64,000 nt of DNA from the human T2T-CHM13v2.0 reference genome, Homo sapiens, in assembly GCF_009914755.1 (NCBI RefSeq), contig NC_060943.1. One strand, written 5' to 3'. A model generated the notes under the pieces. That model did not search any database. It worked only from the letters and a program-made list of their open reading frames with translations, and had not been told where the DNA came from. The translations under genes were made by a program, and so were the position numbers. Shown piece by piece: positions 1 through 25,591 of this stretch (its first letter is position 1; each line of letters starts with the position of its first letter).

Positions 1-167
1 GTAGCCCCTACCACGAGCCGAGCACTGCCCAGTGCTTCTCACAGACTCACTCATTTCATGCTCACAACCCTACAAGGCAGATCTCGCTATCATCCCCATT
101 TTCCAGATGAGAAAACTGAGGCTCAGAGAGATTAAGAAACCCCCCTAAGGGGTGTTGAGTAAATGAA

Positions 168-571
168 GTAGGGAAGGGAAGGGGAAGGGAGGGGAGCGGA
201 GGAGAGGGCAAGAAGGGAGGGAAGGGAGAAAGGGAAGGGGGGAGGAAGGAGGTGGGGAGAGGGAGGGAAGGGAAGGAAAAGAGGAACAGGAAGGAAGGGA
301 GGGAGGGAGGGGAAGGGGAGGGGAGGGGAGAGGAGGGGAGGCGGAAGGAAGGGGAAGAAGGAAGGGAAGGGAAAGGGGAAAAGGAAGGGGAGGAGAGAGA
401 GGGAGAAAGGAAAGAAGGGAGGAAGGGAGGGAGGAAGGAAGGAAGGACAGGGAGGGAAGGGAAGGGAAAGAAAAGAGGAAGAATGGGAAGGAAGGAAGGA
501 CAGGGAGGGAAGGGAAGGGAAAGAAAAGAGGAAGAATGGGAAGGAAGGAAGGGAGGGAGGGAGGGAGGAGA
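168..571. repeat. GA-rich (GGAA/GGGA) low-complexity polypurine tract in TMEM143 intron 6
   Basis: About 400 bp of almost pure G/A; accounts for the spurious ORFs 132..593, 145..606 and 252..695. Confidence 0.95.
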
Positions 572-609
572 GCATGACGCAGGAACAATGCATGAAACAG
601 AGACAACTA

Positions 610-1038
<429 letters not shown>

Positions 1039-1462
1039 CTACAGTCGCACAACCATCTTAAAAGCGACTCAGTAATCATGGGGAAGAAACCAGGGATCAG
1101 CTGTGTCCAACCACAGGGGATCGGTTCAATCGCGCCATCGATCCCTGGTATTGGACGTGCAGATTGTTTGTTGGAATCCTGGCCGTGCCGCATCTTCAGA
1201 ATGTGGACCTCCCTCTCCGAGCCTCAGTTTTCCTTATTGGAAAATGGGGAGAACTGTCCCCATCCTTTCTCTTCCCCTGGGAATCAAGTGTAGTACTCAC
1301 TTTCCCTTGAGAAGAAAAGACAGCATTTGGATGAGTCACGCCTCCCATTTCTCAACTTCCCGCCTGGGGCCCAGACACCCAAACCAGACACTGACCTGTC
1401 AGTCCCCTCTTGACTCTAACCTTGCTCCCTCTTGCTGCAGCTGGGGAACAAGGGCCGCCTCA

Positions 1463-1663
<201 letters not shown>

Positions 1664-1985
1664 TCAGATGTCCTGCCCCTAAATAATTCCCCCGTTTCCC
1701 ACTTATCCCCATTCACCATCTAGGCAGGGCTGTCACATATGGTTGTCCATGTCGTATACTGCACAAGGGCTCATGATCTAACACAGTGCCATTCACGTAG
1801 AAGTCATCTTTACCATATTTCCTAGAATCTAAGGTGCCACTGACTCTACCTGATTATTTTATGAAGCAACTAAAAACAAAATACGTTGCCAATTAAATGA
1901 TGTCACACCACCACCTGTAAATTACATCCCAATTTCAGAGATGACAAAACATGACTTTGGAAAAACTGCAGTTTAAAATCACTAA

Positions 1986-6180
<4,195 letters not shown>

Positions 6181-8120
6181 AAAGAAAAAGAGAAAGAGTC
6201 AAGCCAAGAAAATCCTCCTCTGAAGTAAGCCCTAGGGCTGTGCCCACATCCTCCAGCCTAGGCTGGTCGAGCAGTTCTGGGACTTACAGAGTGACCTTGA
6301 GAAATTCCATTCCCAGGCTGAGCTGCAGTTTGAAAGCTGGAGAAAGAAATCTGCATTGATCAAATGTCCACTGTGAGCCAGATTCTCTTCTGGAAACTTC
6401 ACATCCTCCCAGGGCTTTGGGCCAAAAACCTGGACATTGCACGTGATCCCTGTTGCTCCCTTCCCTGTCACAATAAATCCTGCCGATTCCACCTTCAAGC
6501 AGACCGCACTTCACCCAGCTCTCTCCTCCCCACCCGCCTGGTCCCAGTCCATGCCAGCCACCACCATTTCATCCTGCCTGGGTGAGCCCAACAGCCTTCT
6601 CAATAGTCTCCCCAAATCCTGTAACACACACCATCCCCTGCCAATCGGTTCTTTACACAGCTTCCAGGGAGATCTCGTCAAACAATAAAATAACAACAAT
6701 CATCATCAATGATAATGGTGCACATTTACATAGCACTTACTGTGTGCCAGGCACAGATTGAAGTATGTTACACGCACATTCTCACAGTGTGAAACTCCTC
6801 ATTTACAGATGTGGAAACTGAGGCACAGAGAGGTTAAGTAATTGCCCGAGGTCACATGGCCAGGAAGTGGTGTAACCAGAATGACACATTTGACCATGTC
6901 AATCTCCTGCTAAAACCCTCCCAAGGCTTCTACTGCCCTCGGGAATCAGGATCACACTTCCTAGTAGGGCCTGCAAGGCCTCACAGGACCGTAAATCCCC
7001 TCGGTCACTCCATACCATCCAGACTGTCTTTAGGTTGGCTGGGCGCGATTGCTCATGCCTGTAATCCCAGTAGTTTGGGAGGCCGAGAGAAGAGGATTGC
7101 TTGAGCCCAGGAGTTTGAAACCAGCCTGGGCAACACAGCAAGATCCCATCTCTACCAAAAAAAAATACATTTATATATATAAAAATTAGCCAGGCGTGGT
7201 GGTGCACACCTGTGGTACCAGTTACTCAGGAGGCTGAGGGAGGTGGATTGCTTGAACCCAGGAGATTAAGTCTATAGTGAGCCATGATCACAGCTTGGCA
7301 CTCCAGCCTGGGCAACAGAGAAGACCCTGTCTTCAAAACAACAACAACGACAAACCAGATTGGTTTTAGTTCCTCCAGCCACAGAGACTTTGCACATGCT
7401 GTTGGAAGACTCTCTCTACACCCTTCCTGCCTCCTTCCCTTTTCACCATTGAAGTCTTACTCTCTGTCATATTCTAGGTCCATCATCACTATCAAAAAGC
7501 CTCGGACAGGGGCAGTGGCTCACGCCTGTAATCCCAACACCTTGGGAGAACAAGGCAGGAAGGACTGCTTAAGGCCAGGAGTTCAAGACCAGCCTGAGCA
7601 ACGCGGTGAAACCCCATTGCTACTAAAAATACAAAAAATTAGTTGGGCATGGTGGCGGGCGCCTGTAATCCCAGCTACTCCGGAGGCTGAGGCATGGGAA
7701 TCACTTGAACCCTGGAGGTGGAGGTTGCAGTAAGCTGAGATCGCACCAACTGCACTCCAGCCTGGACAACAGAGTGTGTCAGTGTGTGAGTCTCTGGCTC
7801 AAAAAAAAAAAGCAGCAGCCTTCCTCTACTCATCAAACTGAGCAGGGCCACCCTGTGTGGTTGGGCAGGATGTACACTGCACAAAGATACCAGATCTAAG
7901 GGCAGACCTGTCCATTTATCATGACAGCCACCCTTCAGATGGAAATAAAGGAACAGAATAGCACCATCCACTAGAACTCCCTGCAGTGAGGAAAATATTC
8001 TAGATCTGCACCATCCAATAAGGTCGACACTGGCCATAGGTGGCTACTGAGCACCTGAAACATGATCAGTATGCTGAGAAACAAAATTTGTAATTTTGTT
8101 TTAGTTATGTTAAATTTTAA

Positions 8121-8306
<186 letters not shown>

Positions 8307-8718
8307 TAATTTTTTTTTTTGTTGTACTTTTTTTTAGTAGAGACGGGGTTTCACTATGTTGGCCAGGCTGGTCTCGAACTCCTGACCTCATGATCCACCC
8401 ACCTCGGCCTCCCAAAGTGCTGGGATTACAGGCGTGAGCCACTGCGACCAGGCTACATTTAAATTTAATGAAGTTCGTGGCTACTATAACGGACAGTTCC
8501 AGGCTAGAGAAAGAGGCACCTTTTTCTAATTTGCACATGGACCCCAGTATAGCAACCAAGGTTCAGGTTCACTCTGTTATCCCCCTGCAGGGCACCATGC
8601 CCATCGCCCTCATGGTCTGAACTTAACCATCACTGGGGAGAGCATCTGATTCATGACCGTCCCCACCACCCACGTTCAGCTCCCAGAGCGCACGATGCAG
8701 GCCCAGTTTCACTCCTCA

Positions 8719-9990
<1,272 letters not shown>

Positions 9991-10007
9991 TTGAAAAAAA
10001 GAAAAAT

Positions 10008-11650
<1,643 letters not shown>

Positions 11651-11751
11651 TAACTACATCCCATGCAATATTGGATGACTGTATTGCATAGGACACACTT
11701 CCACTGTACTAAAAAATTACACATAGTTTATCTGAAATTCAAATTTACTGG

Positions 11752-12090
11752 GTATAATGAGTTGAATGTTGTCCCCTAAAAATTTACATCCCTTTGGAAC
11801 CTCAGAATATGATCTCATTCGGAAATAGGGTCTTTGCAGGTAGAATTAAGGTAAAGATACAGATGAGATCATACTAAATTAGGGTGGAACCTAAATCCAA
11901 TGAGAGTGTCCTTATAAGAGACAGAAAAGGACACACATAGGACACCGAGAAGGCAGCCACAGGAAGATGGAGACAGGGGTTGGAGTGACTCATCTACAAG
12001 CCAAGGAGCACCAAGGGTTGCTGGCAGCTACAGGAAGCCAGGAGAGACACCATAGATGCTTCCCTCTCAGGGCCTCCACAAGGAAACATC
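11752..12090 (+). mobile_element. MaLR LTR fragment (MLT1-like)
   Basis: gttgaatgttgtcccc...ggaaatagggtctttgcag...gtgtccttataaga...caagccaagga, typical of MLT1. Confidence 0.7.
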
Positions 12091-12096
12091 TTTTAA

Positions 12097-12747
<651 letters not shown>

Positions 12748-13169
12748 TAGAACAGAGCCTGTGAGGTACATCTCTCATGCTGTCCACTGTCTCCCAGAGC
12801 CTCAAGCCATTCCAGAGACACAGTAGGTGCTCAATAAATATTTACTGAGCGAACTCAATGAATGAATGAATCAGCGAAAAAAGATCAGAGAGAGGTCACC
12901 CGCCAAGGTCACCCGCACCACTAGTGAACAACCAAGCTATTGTTTGAACCGAGGCTATGCTGCTTCTTTCCCTGCCCAGGCCACATCTTCAAAGGACTTA
13001 AGTCATCAGCAAATGGTCACCCAGCGGGCCTCACCCGCCTCTGCCACTTCTACCCTGCCCCTGCCTCTGTTTAAAATCTCCTGCCTGGGAGATATATGCT
13101 TATTCACTTATGTTCTTTCTACATTTCTATATATTTATACATTTCTATAATAAAATAGGCTTTTTTTAA

Positions 13170-13301
<132 letters not shown>

Positions 13302-13804
13302 TGAGTAGCTGGGACTACGGGCACCCCCCACCACAACCGACTGATATTTATATATTTAGTACAGACAGTTTCACCGTTTGCCAGACTGGTCTCGAACTCC
13401 TGGGCTCAAGTGATCCGCCTACCTCGGCCTCCCAAAGTGCTCAGATCACAGACAAGACATACCAAGCCCAGCCTTAACTTTTAAAAAAATAGAAAAAGAA
13501 AAAAACAACCGTGGCTCCAGAGGCCATAGGTGCCCTGTGGAAGAGCTTGGAGGCAGGCAGACGGGGGCTTGATCTCGACTCCACCAATTATGAACTGTGT
13601 GATCCTGGGCACAACCCGGGCCCTCTGAGACATTCAGTTTCTCCATGTATGAATGGGCTGATGGCGGCTGTCTCTCCGCACTGCAGGAAGGAGTCAATAA
13701 GCCAGACACAGCAAGCGCTCAGCAACAAGGGGCTGTGATGGCCACTGTTGCTGGGGTTGTTATTATTCAAAGCAAAGTGCGGAGCTGCAGAAGGCAGTGG
13801 TGGG

Positions 13805-15800
<1,996 letters not shown>

Positions 15801-15840
15801 TCAAGTCCATCTTTCTACCTGCCTTTCTAAAAGGCAGCTC

Positions 15841-16570
15841 AATGGATAAAGAAAATATGGTCTATATACACCATGGAATACTACTCAGCCATAAAAAGGA
15901 ACAAAATAATGTCTCTTGCAGTAATTGGATGGAGTTGGAAGGCCATTATTCTAAGTCAAGTAACTCAGGAATGGAAAACCAAATAGCCGTATTCTCACTT
16001 TATAAGTGGAAGCTAAGTAAGCTATGAGGGTGCGAAGATACACAGAGTGATATAATGGAATTTGGGGACTCAGGGAGGGGGGTTGGGATGGGGGTGAGGG
16101 ACTACATATTGGGTATAGTGTACACTGCTCTAGTGATGGGCACACCAAAATCTCAGAATGCACCACTACAGAATTCATCCATGTAACCAAAAAGCACATG
16201 TACCCCAAAAACTACTGAAATAAAAAATGTTTTAATTAAAAAAGAATGGGCCAGGCACGGTGGCTCACGTCTGTAATCCCAACACTTTGGGAGGCCAAGG
16301 CAGGTAGATCACGAGGTCGGGAGTTTAAGACCAGCCTGAGCAACATGGTGAAACCCCATCTCTACTAAAAATACAAAAATTAGCCAGGCGTACTGACACA
16401 CGCCTGTAATCCTGGCTATTCGGGGGACTGAGGCACAAGAATCACTTCAACCCGGAAGACAGAGGTTGCAGTGAGCCAAGATCGCACCATTGCACTCTAG
16501 CCTGGGCAGCAGAGTGAGACTCTGTCTCAGAAAAAAAAAAAAATATATTAGAATAAATAAATTCATAAAT
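15841..16570 (+). mobile_element. 5'-truncated L1 3' end with an Alu in its A-tail; degenerate TSD
   Basis: aatggataaagaaaat...ggaatactactcagccataaaaag is L1 ORF2-end/3'UTR sequence; flanks aaaaggcagctcaa (15829-15842) and aaatggtagctcaa (16571-16584). Confidence 0.8.
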
Positions 16571-17018
16571 AAATGGTAGCTCAAATTCTTAAGTCCAAAA
16601 CTGAGCTCTCAGTCCTCCCTGCAGATCTTTCTCCCCATCCCACCACGGTCTCCCCCATCCCAGTAAATGGCAGCTCCATCCTCCAGGAGGCTCAGGCCAG
16701 AACTGCTGGAGACGCACCCCTACTCCTCTCTCTTCCTCCCCAGAACACCCCCACAGCCAGCACATCAGCAAAACGCTGATGCCTTCCAACATAACCAGCA
16801 TCTGACCGTTTTTCACCATTTCCATCGCTATTACCCTTGTCGGAGCTTCCATTATCTCTCCCCTAGACAAATATAATAGACTCTTTCATAGATGTCCCTG
16901 CCTCTGATAGTCTGTTCCCTACACTGCAGCCAGAGAAATCCTGTTAACACCTAAATCCGCTGCTCACATCTCTCCTCAGCTCAGAGCCCTCCCATGGCTC
17001 CCGGCTCACTCAGAGTCA

Positions 17019-17204
<186 letters not shown>

Positions 17205-17628
17205 TCAGGAGGCTGAGGGAGGAGAATCGCTTGAACTGGGGAGGCGGAGGTTTGCTGTGAGCTGAGATCGCACCACTGCACTCCAGCCTGGGCAACAGAA
17301 CAAAAACTCCATCTGAGAAACAAAAACAAACAAACAAAAAAACAAAGCAAGGTCCTCACAGTGGCCCACAAGGCCCAGTACGATCTGTCCCCATCCCCTC
17401 TGCCCTCATATCCCACCCTCCCCGCACATTCACTCTCCTGCAGCCACAGTGGCCTCCTCACTGTTCAATACTCCAGGCCTCCACTCACCTCAGGGCCTTT
17501 GCACTTGCTCTTCCATCTGCCAAGAACATCCTCCCCCAGGCATTCATCAGGCTCGTTCCCCCTCTTCACTAAGCCTTTAGCCCACATGTCACCTCCTTGG
17601 GGAGCCCTTCCCCACCCACCCCGTCTGA

Positions 17629-17832
<204 letters not shown>

Positions 17833-18018
17833 TAGTAGAGACGAGGTTTCACCGTGTTAGCCAGGATGGTCTCGATCTCCTGACCTTGTGATCCACCCGC
17901 CTCAGCCTCCCAAAGTGCTGGGATTACAGGCGTGAGCCACCGCGCCCGACCCATCTCATCCCTCTTTATCTCACTACTCCGCCTCATTGTTCATGGCACT
18001 TATCACCACCAGGCATCA

Positions 18019-18324
<306 letters not shown>

Positions 18325-19893
18325 TTACCTCAGGAAGCAAAACTTCTCTGTAGGCCTTTTCCCCTTCCCCGAGGGAAAGAATTCTTTCCCTGGCTGCCTA
18401 ACTACACAATCAGAGCTCTGGACTTTGAAGTTTTGTTCTGGGGCTGGGCGCAGTGTCTCGCACCTGTAATCCCAGCACTTTGGGAGGCCGAGGCAGTGGA
18501 TCACTTGAAGTCAGGAGTTCAAGACCAGCGTGGCCAACATGGTGAAATCCTGTCTCTACTAAAAATACAAAAATTAGCCGGGCGTGATGGCATGCACCTG
18601 TAGTCCCAGCTACTCAGGAGGCTGAAGCTGGAGAATTGCTTGAACCAGGGAGGCGGAGGCTGCAGTGAGTCGAGATCGTGCCACTGCCCTCCAGACTAGA
18701 CAACATCAAGACTCTGTCTCAAAAAAAAAAAAAAAAAAGTTTTGTTTTGGTTGGGTGGGGGCTGACCAATTTTACTGAAACTGAGGCAGCCAAATATAGT
18801 GAAAAACTATACTGGGCTTAAAAAGCTGGAGGTTCAAGTTTTTGCTTTGACATTTCCTAGCCAATACACACACACACAATTCCAGGAACGGTTTGACAGT
18901 GTAATATCATCCTCCAGAAGTAGATGGAATTATTATTATTATTATGTTGAGACAGAGTCTCGTTCTGTCACCCAGGCTGGAGCTCAGTTGTGCAATCTCA
19001 GCTCACTGCATCTTCAACCTCCTGGGATGAAGCGATCCTCCCACCTCAGCCTCCTGAGTAGCTAAGACTACAGGTGCCCACCACCATGCCTGGCGAATTT
19101 TTTTCAATTTTTTGTAAAGGTGGAGTCTCACTATATTGCCCAGGCTGGTCTGAACTCCTGTGCTCCAGCAATCCTCCCACCTCAGCCTCCCAAAGTGCTG
19201 GGAGGCTGAGCCACCATACCCCCAAGGTTGATGGAATTATAACTCCCATTTGTCAGTGGGAGAAACTGAGGCTCTGGAAAAGTCATTTGGTAAGGGCTGC
19301 AGTGTCTGTGGGAAATGACTGCTATCTAGGCCTGTCTGACTCCAGGGTACACATTGAACCATTTCCTTTTTTTTTTTTTTTGAGAAGGAGTCTCACTCTG
19401 TTGCCAAGGCTGGAGTGCAGCGGCCATGATCTCAGCTCACTGCGACCTCTTCCTCCACGGTTCAAGCAATTCTGCCTCAGCCTTCTAAGTAACTGGGATT
19501 ATAGGCGCCTGCCACCACGCCTAGCTAATTTTTGTACTTTTAATAGAGACGGGGTTTCACCATGTTGGCCAGGCTGGTCTCAAACTCATGACCTCAGGTG
19601 ATCCACCTGCATCGACTTCCCAAAGTGCTGGGATTACTGGCGTGAGCCACCATGCCTGGCCTTGAACCACTTCTTCTTCTTTTTTTTTTTTTGAGATGGA
19701 GTCTTGCTCTGTTGCCCAGACTGGAGTGCAGTGGCACGATCTCGGCTCACTGCAAGCTCCGCTTCCCGGGTTCACACCATTCTCCTGCCTCACCTCCCAA
19801 GTAGCTGGGACTACAGGAGCCTGCCACCTCGCCCGGCTAATTTTTTGTATTTTTAGTAGAGACGGTTTCATCGTGTTAGCCAGGATGGTCTCA

Positions 19894-19983
<90 letters not shown>

Positions 19984-20109
19984 TTATGTTTCCTATGTCA
20001 ATGTCCTGGGTAATTGTCTTCACTTCTCTGAGCCTCAGTTTCCTCACTGGCAACAGAGGATTACACGCTCTTTCTTGGAGGGCTACGGTGAGAATTTGAT
20101 GAGATTACA

Positions 20110-20335
20110 CATGTCCTATATACACATGTGTTTACATATATGTGCATATATTTGTATATTTATGTGTGTATATTTGTGTACTTTTGTGTGCATATATTTG
20201 TGTGTGCGTGTATTTGTGTGTGTGCATTTGTATGTGTATATTTGTGTATTTGTGTACACATATTTGTGTATTTGTGTGTGTACTTGTATGCATATACTTG
20301 TGTGTATTTGTGTGTGTGTATTTGTGTGTGTATCA
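20110..20335. repeat. Degenerate (TG/TA)n microsatellite
   Basis: tgtgtatatttgtgt-type units. Confidence 0.9.
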
Positions 20336-20373
20336 AGTCCAGCACAGAATTGAGTACATACAGTAGGTGTTCA

Positions 20374-20580
<207 letters not shown>

Positions 20581-21365
20581 TCACTTGAGTCTAGGAGGCA
20601 GAGGTTGCAGTGAGCTGAGATTGTGCCACTGCACTCCAGTCTGGGCAACAGAGTGAGACCCTGTCTCACAAAAATAAATAAAGAAAAATAAATGAATAAT
20701 AATCCTCAAAATCCTCAATAATGACAATGATGATGATGGTGGCAATAAGACCTCAGGTTCTAGAGTGAGACCAAGACTAGGATGAGGTGAATATGGCACC
20801 CAAGGGTGCAAAATTTAACGGGGCACTCACTCTTAGGGTCAAGCGAGTGCCCTACTTGCCTAACCCTAGTCCTGGGCCAGCTCTGGAGTCAGACCACTTT
20901 GGTTCAAATCTAAGCCACTATGTTGTGGCCTTGGGTAAGTCACTTTCCTTCCCTATGCTTCCATTATCTCATCTGTAAAATGGGGATGATGGTGGTATCT
21001 CTCTTACTGATGATTCAACAATACATGAAAAATGTCTGGCACAGTGCCATGGAGTCAGAGCTCAAATTGTGTGATAATAATTATGATTACAGCGTTGTGA
21101 CTTTATAGGTACAATTATTATCAGGTAGTAGAAATAGTAATGATGAGGATGATTACTATACCCATCTTAAAGAGGGAAAAACCATGCCCCAGAGAGTGCC
21201 TGTTCAAGCCCTCAGAACAAGCCAGAGTTGGGAATGGATGCTGCGTCTGCATCTCGGAGACCTGGCTCCTGCATTCCAGCTCATCTCCCGCCCACTAGGG
21301 AAACACGAAGGGACCCGGGAACTACAACTCCCAGGAGGCGCCAGGGCAGCTCTCTGCAGCAACTA

Positions 21366-21764
<399 letters not shown>

Positions 21765-22041
21765 CTACCCCAGGCAGGGCGCAGAGCCCATCCGCTCGCC
21801 TCAAAGCCCCTGTTGCCTGTCCCCTTCCCACACTGCTCAGTTGGCCTGGGTCCCAGACAGGGGTCAGAGGTCTTAGGTTCTGGGGCGTTTTTCAGGCCCA
21901 GAGACCCTGTAGTGGTACAACGTTTCTTTGGGGTCTAGACAGCGAGGTAGATCTTAGGAGAGCAGGAAATGCTCGTAAAGGTTACCTAGGGGGTGCAGGG
22001 CCGCCCTCCCTGGCCATGCAATCCCCCGATTTCTCCCTCAC

Positions 22042-22064
22042 CTTAGCCAAAGCTCGACTGTCAT
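22042..22064 (-). CDS. TMEM143: TMEM143 coding exon 1 (MTVELWLR)
   Basis: ATG at 22064, AG|gtgag donor at 22042, frame joins exon 2. Confidence 0.9.
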
Positions 22065-22620
22065 TGAGCCTCCTGCGCATGTGCAGGAGGGCGTCCTGGG
22101 CTCCCGAGGTTCGGCTTCACCCAGCAGTAAAACGCATGCGCAAAGCTTCGGTCAATGCGGGCTGTCCATTTCTCACCGCCGACTCCCTACATCAACTACG
22201 CATGCGTTGCCTGCCTTTCTCCACCGCCGGCCTCGTTTGGGCGCGACGCATGCGCCGCAGGAGTGTCTCCTTGTCAGCTTGCTACAAAGGGAAGGGGCGG
22301 TGTGGACGCGAGACTCCCTAGAGGGATGGGGCGGGGTAGGGCTCCCGCGCGCAGTCCGCCAACGGCGCGCAGTCCAACGTTCGCCGAGGCCACGCCCCGG
22401 CTCGTGTCAGCTCCTGAGTAGGCGGAAAGAGGGAGGGGGCGGGACTTGGGCGCAGCCAATCAGCTGTGGAGGAGCGAAAAGGCGGGAAAAAGCGGAACCA
22501 AAAGAAGGCTGAGGTGGCGCTAGGGACCAGGAGGGGTGGGGGTGGCGAAAGGAAGGGCGGGCCCTCAGGTGACGCAGATTGGCCCTCCAGAGAAGGGGCG
22601 GCCCCTTCTCAGGTGCCGTC
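22065..22620. promoter_or_regulatory. Bidirectional CpG-island promoter of TMEM143/SYNGR4; probably contains the SYNGR4 non-coding first exon (candidate donors cag|gtgacg at 22568 and cag|gtgccg at 22612)
   Basis: CpG-rich; NRF1-like GCATGCG/GCGCATGTGCA motifs at 22074, 22133, 22198 and 22247; GC boxes at about 22328 and 22436; CCAAT at 22456. Confidence 0.85.
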
Positions 22621-23049
22621 ACCCCCAAACCTCAGCACTGCCATTCCAGGTCCTTAAAGGGGAGACCGCGATTCTAAGAAGGTAGCCCAGTGCCGGGGCG
22701 TGGCCTCATTCTGAGGTTCCCCACAAATCCGAGGTCCCGACTCCCAGCTTGAGGAGGTGCACTTCCGTGAAAATGGAGCTGAATTCGAAAGGGAGGCCCT
22801 TATTCTGGGAAATGGCCCCAAGTGACAAGGACAGCCTGAAATATGCCCTGAGATACCTGGGTTCTCCACGAAGGGTGCTGTCACCCCCAAACCTGAAAGG
22901 GATTATTCGGTTTCAGACCTCCCAGGGGCTCTGATCTCAATGGCCGCACCCCCTAGTCCCCAGAAAGTCCCACCTGTGTCCTCTCACAGAAGGACCCAGT
23001 CCCTCTGCAGGCCCTTCAGCTCCTGGGTCACAAGACGTGGTCCCCAAAT

Positions 23050-23850
23050 ATCCCAGCCCTCCCCTGCACTCCACCTCTGGGATCCCTGACAGCCCTCTCG
23101 CCCAACAACCCCCTCAGCCCACATTCCTGACTTCTGGAACCTGAAGCAGCCCCTTCACTTATGTCCCCCACTCCTGGGACCCCCAGAATCACCCTCACCC
23201 CAGGCCCTCACCTCTCTGGAATCCTCCATAGACCCCCTTAACCCACACCTCAACCCAGGGGACCCTTAGCGACTCTCTCATCCTGCACCTCCACCTCTGT
23301 GACCCCTGGCAGCCCTCCCCACACGACACCTTGCCTGGGACCCCTAGTATCCCCATCCTATGCCCCCCTCTCCTGGGACCCCCAGAAAGCTCCCTCACCA
23401 CACACAACCCCATTCCTGGGACCCCCCCAGCACCCGCATCCTATGTCCCCCACTTCAGGGACCCCTAGCAGCCCTCTCCACACAACACCTTTCCTGGGAC
23501 CCCCCAGAACCCCCATCCTATGCCTCCCACTTCTGGGACCCCTAGTAGCCCCCTCACCACACAACCCCATTCCTGGGACCCCCAGCACCCCCATCCTATG
23601 CCCCCCACTCCTGGGGCCCACAGAAGCCCCCTCAGCACACACAACCTCATTCCCTGGGACCCACCTGCACCCCCATCCTACGTCCCCGACTTCTGGGGCC
23701 CCTGACAGCCCATTCACCCCACACCCTGACTCCTAAGAGGCTCAGCAGTCCCCTCACCCCACACAACTCCATTCCGGGGACCCCCCCCATCCCCACCCCA
23801 TGTCCCCCAATCCTGGGGCCCCCAACAGCCCTTCCACCCCGTGCCCCTGA
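23050..23850. repeat. Degenerate C-rich minisatellite, about 80-bp unit made of two about 40-bp subunits, in SYNGR4 intron 1
   Basis: atcctaYg recurs at about 23355, 23438, 23515, 23593 and 23675; ctgggacccc occurs twice per unit. Confidence 0.85.
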
Positions 23851-23987
23851 CTGGCATCCCCCATCTGTGTCATCCCACAGCAGCCAAGCCCAGGGCTGGC
23901 CTGAAGCCCCCGGACGGCAGTGCCCAGCAGGCAGCGCCCAGCACCCTGGCTCCCACCTCCCAGTGGCCCCAAAGGAAAACAGCTGCC

Positions 23988-24080
23988 ATGCACATCCCCA
24001 AAAGCCTCCAGGAGCTGGCCAACAGCGAAGCCGTGCAGTTTCTGAGAAGGCCCAAGACCATCACGCGGGTCTTCGAAGGG
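23988..24080 (+). CDS. SYNGR4: SYNGR4 first coding exon (MHIPKSLQEL...RVFEG); exon begins at about 23881
   Basis: gccATG at 23988, GGG|gtgag donor, upstream acceptor cacag|cag. Confidence 0.95.
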
Positions 24081-24338
24081 GTGAGGCCCTCCCATGGCCC
24101 GACTGTGCCCCTGGGTGACAGGAGCCAGGAGCTCTCAACTCCCAGACACAGTGCGGGAGATGGGAGGACAAGGAAGGGGTCAGACGGGGAAACAAGACAA
24201 CGGAGCAAATGCTGACACCACCTTTTCCTGAGCACCCCACTATAGGCCCTATGCTATTGAGGCACTGATGGACTCTCATAGTAAGGAACAGCCCTCACAG
24301 TAGGTGCTGCAAGTCCCATCTCTGAGATAACAAAACTA

Positions 24339-24623
<285 letters not shown>

Positions 24624-25079
24624 TCACTGGAACTCCACCTCCTGGGTTCAAGCGATTCTCCTGCCTCAGCTTCCCAAGTAGCTGGGATTACAGGTGTGCG
24701 CCACTGCGCCTGGCTAATTTTTGTATTTTTAGTAGAGATGGGGTTTCGCCATGTTGGCCAGGCTGGCCTCAAACTCCTGACGTCAAGTGTTCTGCCCACC
24801 TCAGCCTCCCAAAGTGCTGGGATTATAGGTGTCAGCCACCGCGCCCAGCCTAAGTAAATTTTTTAAATCTGGGATGTCCAGTGGGGTAGCCACAGCCACA
24901 TGTGGCTACCTCACTTTGCACTAATTAAAATAAAAGTCCATTCTTCACTCACAGTGGCCACATTTTAGGTGCTCAACAGCCACATGTGGCTGGGGACTCT
25001 CATATTAGACAGTACAGGCTGGGTGTGGTGGTTCATGCCTGTAAAACCAGCACCTTGGTAGGCCAAGGCAGGCAGATCA

Positions 25080-25591
<512 letters not shown>

